Shown here one piece after another: positions 57,561-64,000 of a DNA stretch of 64,000 nucleotides. This stretch comes from an uncultured Solirubrobacteraceae bacterium. GTDB taxonomy: Bacteria; Actinomycetota; Thermoleophilia; Solirubrobacterales; Solirubrobacteraceae. The stretch spans positions 3,218,934 through 3,282,933 of the forward strand of contig CAVZIR010000003.1 in the NCBI GenBank assembly GCA_963775385.1, written 5' to 3'. Positions within the stretch are counted from its first letter, which is position 1, and each line of letters begins with the position of its first letter. The position numbers and the translations under genes are program-made. The notes under the pieces are model-generated. The model ran no database searches. It saw nothing but the letters and a program-made list of their open reading frames with translations, and had not been told where the DNA came from.

Positions 57561-58841
57561 GTGAATCCCCCGAACGGCCAGCTTCTTGCGACCGCTGACC
57601 ATGCTGCCTCCGCCGCCCTGCGGGAGCTGCCGGAGGCGCTCGTGATCGTCTTCGACCGCCAGCTGCGCTTCGTCCTGACCGCAGGACAGGCGATCGAGCG
57701 CATGGGCGACCCCGACATCTGCCGTGAGGGCAACTACGTCGCGGACGCGTTCCCGGCGGAGTTCTGGGAGCGCTTCGAGCCGCTGTTCAGCTCCGCCCTG
57801 GAAGGCGAGACCCGGACGCGCGAGATCTGGACCTCCGAAGAGCGCCACTGCCTGATGGTCGACGCCGGCCCGCTCTGCAGCGACGGCGGCCCGGCCAGCC
57901 GCGACTGCTCGAACGTGGACGGCGGCGTCGCCGTCGTGCTCGACATCACCGCTCGCCGCCGCGCCGACCTGATGGCGGCGCCGCGCCGCACCGAAGGCTT
58001 CGAGGAGGTCTTCGAGCACGCCCCGATCGGCACCGGCCTGATCGACACCGAAGGGCGCTGGCTGCTGGTCAACCGCGCGCTCTGCGAGATCACGGGCTAC
58101 ACCTCCGACGAGCTCGTCGGCAAGCGCTTCGACGGGATCATGCACCCGGAGGACGCGGTCAACGACGCGGTCGAGCGTCGCCTCCTGCAGGACGGCGAGA
58201 TCCCGGCCTACCAGGTCGAGAAGCGCTACTTCGACGCTGCCGGAGAGACGGTCTCGGCGATCCTCTCGATGTCGCTCGTCCGCGACCGCGACGGGCAGCC
58301 GCTCCATTACATCGCCCAGCTCCAGGACATCTCGGCCCGCAAGGAGCTCGAGGAACAGCTGCTCAGCCTGGCCGACCACGACCCGCTCACCGGCTTGCGC
58401 AACCGCCGCCTCTTCGAACACGACCTGCGCCTCCAGCTCGGCCGCTGCCACCGCTACGGCGAGACCGCGGGGCTGATGGTCATCGACATCGACGGATTCC
58501 GCGAGCTCAACCGCCAGTTCGGCAGCGCCGTGGCCGACGAGACGCTGAGGTCGGTCTCGCGCGCGCTGACGCGCCGGCTCCGCGAAACCGATCTGATCGG
58601 GCGGCTCGGCGGCGACGAGTTCGCCGTGCTGCTCCCGCACGCCGACGAGGAGGGCCTCGCCGTCGTGGTCGAGGGCCTGGAACGCGTGATCCCCGCATGC
58701 AGCGTCGATGCCGGGGTCGGCGTCGTTCACCCGACGGCGAGCATCGGCTTCACGCTGGTGCACCAGCGCAGCCCCGAGCTGCGCCAGGTGCTGGTGGACG
58801 CCGAGCGGGCACTCAACGCTTCCAAGCGCGCGAAAGCCTAA
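57561..58841 (+). CDS. PAS-PAS-GGDEF diguanylate cyclase
   Basis: Two PAS, DHDPLTGLRNRR, RETD I-site, GGDEF. Confidence 0.9.
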   Translation: MNPPNGQLLATADHAASAALRELPEALVIVFDRQLRFVLTAGQAIERMGDPDICREGNYVADAFPAEFWERFEPLFSSALEGETRTREIWTSEERHCLMVDAGPLCSDGGPASRDCSNVDGGVAVVLDITARRRADLMAAPRRTEGFEEVFEHAPIGTGLIDTEGRWLLVNRALCEITGYTSDELVGKRFDGIMHPEDAVNDAVERRLLQDGEIPAYQVEKRYFDAAGETVSAILSMSLVRDRDGQPLHYIAQLQDISARKELEEQLLSLADHDPLTGLRNRRLFEHDLRLQLGRCHRYGETAGLMVIDIDGFRELNRQFGSAVADETLRSVSRALTRRLRETDLIGRLGGDEFAVLLPHADEEGLAVVVEGLERVIPACSVDAGVGVVHPTASIGFTLVHQRSPELRQVLVDAERALNASKRAKA

Positions 58842-58846
58842 GAGGC

Positions 58847-58911
58847 GCAGGTCGGCTGGCGCTCCGTGCCGGCCTCAAGGCGGCAGGTCGGCCGGCGCTC
58901 CGCGCGGGCCT
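58847..58911. repeat. Intergenic direct repeat (29 bp, period 36)
   Basis: GCAGGTCGGCyGGCGCTCCGyGCsGGCCT x2. Confidence 0.65.
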
Positions 58912-58975
58912 GCCTCTGGAAGCGGGCCGAACCGGCCGTGTAGAGGGCGCCGGATCGGGCAATACGCTCCAGGCG

Positions 58976-60581
58976 ATGGCGCCACGGACGCGGCTGGCGG
59001 TGATCGACCTCGGCTCGAACTCGTTTCGGCTCGTCGTTTTCGAGTCGGGCGAAGGCTGGTGGCGGCGCACCGACGAGATCTATGAGCCGGTGAGGATCGG
59101 GCAGGGCCTCATGGCCACCGGTCGCCTGGGGGAGGAGCCGATCGAACGCGCGCTCGCGACGCTCGACGTGTTCGCGCACTTCTGCCACGCGAGCGGCCTC
59201 ACCGCATCGGAGGTCGACGCCGTGGCGACGAGCGCGATCCGCGACGCCGAGAACGCATCGGAGTTCCTCGAGCGGGCGCGCGAGCGCTTCCCCTTCAACG
59301 TGCGCGTGCTCAGCCGCGAGGAGGAGGCGCGCTACGGCTACCTGGCGGCGGTCAACTCGACGACGCTCGCCGACGGCTGCGTGCTCGACCTCGGCGGCGG
59401 CTCGATGCAGCTGGTCGGCGTGGCCGGGCGGCTGGAGCGCAGCTCGGGATCGTGGCCGCTCGGCACCGTGCGCATGAGCGAGCGCTTCCTGCCGCCGAAC
59501 GGCCCTGCCAAGCGCCGGCAGCTGACCGAGCTGCGCGACCACATCCGCGCCGAGCTGGGGAGCGTCGTCTGGCTCGCCGAGCAGCGCGGGCACGCGCCCG
59601 TCCGGCTGGTCGGCATCGGCGGCACGTTGCGCAACCTGGCCGCCGCGGCGCAGCGAGCGGCGGGGCTTCCCAGCAACGGCGTGCAGGGGATGGTGATCGG
59701 CGTCGACGCGCTCGAGGATCTGATCGAGCGCCTGGCCGCGCTGCCGGCAGCCGAGCGCGCCGAGGTGCCGGGAGTCAAGCCCGCGCGCGCGGATCTGATC
59801 CTCGCCGGCGCCGTCGTCGTCCGCGAGGCATTGCGGGCGGCCGGCGCGGAGTCGATCGAGACCACCGAGGCGGGGCTGCGCGAGGGCGTCTTCTTCGAGC
59901 TTCTATTGGGCTGCCCACCCGCCCGGTGCCCACCCGCCCGGTGCCCACCCGCCCGGTGCCCACCCGCCCGGTGCCCACCCACCCGCCGACGAGCCTCTGT
60001 TCGAGGATGTCCGGCGGGCCAGTGTGCTGAACATGGCGGCGCAGTACCACGTCGACGGAGCTCACACCCGCCACGTCGCCGCGCTGGCGCTCGGCATGTT
60101 CGACGAGCTGGCGCGCCTCGGCCTCCACGAAGGCGATCCGCGCGAGCGCGAGCTGCTGTGGGCCGCCTGCATGCTGCACGACATCGGCATGTCGATCGAC
60201 TACGACGACCACCACAAGCACTCGCGCTACCTGATCCTCAACGGCGCGCTGCCGGGGTTCGCGCCGGTCGAGACCGCGATCATCGCCCAGGCCGCGCGCT
60301 ACCACCGCAAGGGCATGCCGAGCCCCGGCCCGATGTCGGCGCTGTTCGGCCCCGGGGACGAGGAGCGTCTGGACCGCTGCGCGGCGCTGCTGCGCCTGGC
60401 GGAGGACCTCGAGCGCTCGCGCGACCAGCTCGTCCGCGGCACCGACATCGACCTCGAGAACGGCTCGGTGCGGCTGCGGCTCATCGCCGAGGGCGACCCG
60501 GCCGTCCCGCGCTGGGCCGCGGGGCGCGAGCGCGAGCTGTTCGCGCGCGCGTTCCATCGCGAGCTGTCGGTCGCGGCATAG
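58976..60581 (+). CDS. ppx: Ppx/GppA phosphatase with HD domain (frameshift ~59910)
   Basis: IDLGSNS, ATSAIRDA, DLGGGS, GLREG, LHDIG..HHKHS. Confidence 0.9.
59912..59980. repeat. 15-bp tandem repeat x4.6 inside ppx
   Basis: TGCCCACCCGCCCGG units at 59912, 59927, 59942, 59957, partial at 59972. Confidence 0.9.
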
Positions 60582-60621
60582 CGGCCTGCCGCCGCGGCCG
60601 CCGTTGAACGGAGGCTCTCGG

Positions 60622-62750
60622 CTACCCCTGCGCTGCGAGCTGCCGTTCGTGCCCGCGGCAGTCGAACAGCGTGAGCCCGTTGGGGTAGGGGTCGGGGCTA
60701 CTCCATTCGAACGGGGCCAGCTCGCGGCAGACCGCGAGCGTCGCCCTGGTCGCGCCGTTGCCCCCGCGCGTCGAGTACTCGCCGCCGAGCACGACGTAGC
60801 GCGCCTGGCCCCTTTCGATCAGCTTCGCGAGGCCCTTGCCGTCCAGCACCGGGTCGACGCCGCTGTAGCCGGCGAGCCCGGACACGTTGGCGCCCATCAG
60901 CACGAAGGACGCCGCTGTCGGCATCGAGACGGTGAGCAGTTCGTAGCGCTTCGTGGCGCCGTGGCTGCGCACGTAGGCCAGCAGGGCGCGGTCGATCGCC
61001 ACGGCGCGCGCGTTGAGACCGACTCCGCCCCAGCCCGCGTACTGCTTGGGCCCCGCCGCCGGGAAGGTCGACTGCACCGGCGCGAGCCAGGTCGTCGACG
61101 CGTATCCGGCGGGGACGACGAGCAGCAGGGCAATCGCAGCGACGGCGGCGATCGCGGCCGCATGCGTGCGGCGAAGCAGCGTCGCGGCGAGCAGCGCGAG
61201 GAGGCAGGCCGCGGCCGCGACGGCGAGCACCGGGACGAACCACCGCAGGTAGTCGTAGCGGTGCATCAGCACGATCTCCACGGCGACGGTGCTCAGCACC
61301 GCGGCGGCGCTCAACACGAGCCCCGCGTAGGGCGGTCGCCTGCGGCACAGACGGATCAGCGAGTAGAGCCCGATCCCCGCCATCGCGCCGGCGCCGGGGG
61401 CGAGCGCCGAGACGTAGTAGGGGTGCACGATGCCCTTGGAGAGGCTGAGCACGACGCCCTCGACCGCGAACCAGCCGCCGAGCACGATCACGGCGGCGAG
61501 GCGTGGATCGCGCCGCCAGCACGGGCGCCGCAGCCTCGGAGGCTCGTTCTGCGGCGTCATCCTCCTGTTGCGGTCCGCGCCGCTCGAGCCACAGCAGCAC
61601 GAGCGCCGCGATCAGGCCGAAGAAGGCGAACGGCAGGATCCAGCCGGCCTGGTCGCCCAGGCCGACGCCGAACAGCCGCAGCGGGCTGGGCGACTCCCCG
61701 AAGGCGATCGGTTTCGGGTAGCGGCCGGTGTTCGCCGATGGCCCGGCGGGGGCTTCGGGCGGCGGCGGCGGGGGCGGGTGGTGTTCGCGGGCGCGCTGCG
61801 CGTCCACGCGGCGGGCGAGGGAGATCGGCACGCGGGCGCCGGGCTTGCCGTGGGTCGCGCCGGGCCCGCCGGCCTGTCCTTCGACGCGCCCGAAGCCGTT
61901 GTAGCTGAAGGTCAGGCCCAGCTCGGTGTTGTCGGTCGAGCTGCCGACGTAGGGCCGCTGCGACGCCGGCGTCGCTTCGACGGCCGCGATCCACGCGAAG
62001 GAGACGGCGCCCGCGAGGACGCCGGCGGCGAGCAGCTGGAGGATGCGCTTGCGCACGCTCACGGGCGCGCAGAGGAGGTAACCGAGCGCGATCCCGGGCA
62101 CGGCCAGGTACGCGGCGAGCGTCTTCGTGTTGAAGGCGAGGCCGACGAGCAGGCCGGAGAGGAGCAGCGTGCGCCAGCGCCCGGATTCGCACGCGCGGAT
62201 CGCCGCCACGCAGGCGAGCAGCATCAGCAGGATCAGCGGGGCGTCGACGTTGTTCGTGCGCGACACCGCGACGAAGGAGGGGAACAGCGCGCACACGAGG
62301 CCCGCTGTCAGACCGGCGAGGGCGCCGAAGCGCTTGGTGACGACCCAGTAGAGGACCGCGGCCACCGCCACCCCGGCCAGCGCCTCCGGCAGCAGCACGC
62401 TGAGCGGGTGGAAGCCGAACAGCTTCGCGCTGGCCGCCTGGAGCCAGAGCCCCAGCGGCGGCTTGTCGATCGTGACGAGGCCCGCCGGGTCGGACGCGAC
62501 GAAGAAGAAGTTGTGCCAGGAGCGCAGCATCGAGCGCACGCCGGCCGAGTAGAAGATGTTGCCGTAGCCGTTCTGTGAGAGGCGGACCGTGTTCATCACG
62601 GCGGCGGCTGCGACCACCACGCCCAGCCCCACCCAGCCGCAGCGCGCCTTCGGGGTTCTGCAAGCGCTCGCGCAGGCCGTGCTTCTTCTCGCCCGCGGCG
62701 GCCGCAGCGGCGGGAGCCGCCGCGAGCGGCTCGGAAGCGGTCCCGCTCAC
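60622..62750 (-). CDS. GT39/ArnT-like membrane glycosyltransferase (frameshifted)
   Basis: FYSAGVRSMLRSWHNFFF..DKPPLGLW, RPYVGSS..YNG, HPYY. Confidence 0.87.
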
Positions 62751-63829
62751 GGGCGAAGCGCCCCGAGCAGGCGCTCGAGATCGCCCTCGTCGTTCCAAGC
62801 CCCCACCGACGCGCGCAGGCATTCGCGGCCCGGGATGTTGCGGATCAGCACGCCCCGCTCCGCGAGCTCGGCGCGCTCTGCCTCGGGGTGGGGGCTGGGG
62901 AACGAGACGAGCGTCGTCTCCCCACGGGGCAAGGGCTCGCGGCCGCGCTCGGCGAGCATCTCGGCCAGGCGCGCCGCGAGCGTCCGCGCGCGCTCCCACA
63001 CCGCCGGCCATCCGAAGGCCTCGAGCACCTCGGCGGCTGCGAGCGAGCACGCGAGCGCCTCTGCGCTCAGCGACGGGGCGTCGAAGCGCCGTGCGTCCTC
63101 GTGCACGACCGCGCCGAGACCGGCGTTGGCTTCCTGGAGGTTGCCGTAGCCGCGACGCGAGACGGCGAGCTCGCCGCGAGAACTCGGGCGCGACCCAGAG
63201 CGCACCCGACCCGTCGGGGCCGCAGCACCACTTCTGCCCCGCCCCGGCGTAGGCGTCGCAGCCGAGCGCGGTCACGTCGACGTCGATCGCGCCGAGGCCC
63301 TGCGCGCCGTCGAAGCAGCACGGGCACCTCGACCTCGGCCAGCTCCGCGGGCGCGAGCGCGCCGGTCGCCCAGCTCACGTGCGAGCAGGCGACGAGACGC
63401 GTCGCGGCTCCGACCTCCTCTGCCACGCGGGCGAAGGGGACCTCGCGGATCGTCGCGCCAAGGATGTCCCGCGCCGCGCCGAGCGCGCCCTGCAGACCGG
63501 GGTGCTCCTCGTCGCTCGTGAGGATCTCATCGCCGGGCCGCAGATCCATCCCCATCACAACCTGGCCCATCCCTTCGGTCGTGCTGGTCGTGAGCGCGAC
63601 GTCGGCAGGGTCCGCGCGCAGACGCGCGCGCGTAGGCTCCGCGCAGCGCTTTGCCCAGCTCGCCGCGCCGTTCGAAGTGCGCCATGGCGCGGCCGTCCGC
63701 GAGCTCGCGGTCGAGCTCCGCGCGGGCCGCCTCGACGGCGCGTCGCGGCAGCGGCCCGTCGGTGCCGGCGTTCAGGTAGGCGAGCTCGGCGAGCACCGGG
63801 AACTCGCTGCGCAGTCCGGACGGGTCCAC
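62747..63829 (-). CDS. Class V PLP-dependent aminotransferase (frameshifted)
   Basis: LRSEFPV..YLNAGTDGP, EHPG, SHVSW, GQKW..GPDGSG. Confidence 0.85.
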
Positions 63830-64000
63830 GATCGGCGAGAATAGCTCCGTGGCCAGCGGCGATCGCCAGCAGCCCATGTGGATCCCCTCACCCGAGCGGG
63901 TGCAGGCGACGCGAGATGGCCCGTTTCAGAGACTGGGTGGCGAGCGCGGCACGGCCTGGAGATCGACGGCTATGAGGGGCTCTGGCGCTGGTCGGTGGAC

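Overview
High-GC (~70%) actinobacterial chromosome segment, most consistent with Thermoleophilia/Solirubrobacterales (inferred from gene content, not a database result). Many conserved genes carry single-base frameshifts (recN, pyrG, xerD, deoB, mutM, recO, dnaG, ppx), so these are treated as long-read consensus errors. The backbone is tlyA-nadK-[insert]-recN-steA-steB-pyrG-M20 peptidase-DUF3866-NUDIX-xerD-deoB-mutM-recO-dgt-dnaG-[HNH]-tRNA-Asn. Best novelty candidate: a 7.3-kb signalling block between nadK and recN. It contains an unannotated stand-alone transcription unit (operator palindrome, sigma70-like promoter, three-hairpin leader, AGGAGG, terminator) encoding the 10-aa repeat peptide MENYSRNYSR. 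This unit converges on a polytopic membrane HD-GYP gene and is flanked by a BldC-like regulator, MFS transporter, M48 peptidase, NarL/GAF two-component pair and a degenerate GGDEF protein. Also present: an integrase-less ~12-kb island between tRNA-Ile2 and a decayed 3' copy of that tRNA, an HTH-HNH gene between dnaG and tRNA-Asn, further c-di-GMP enzymes, and short tandem repeats.
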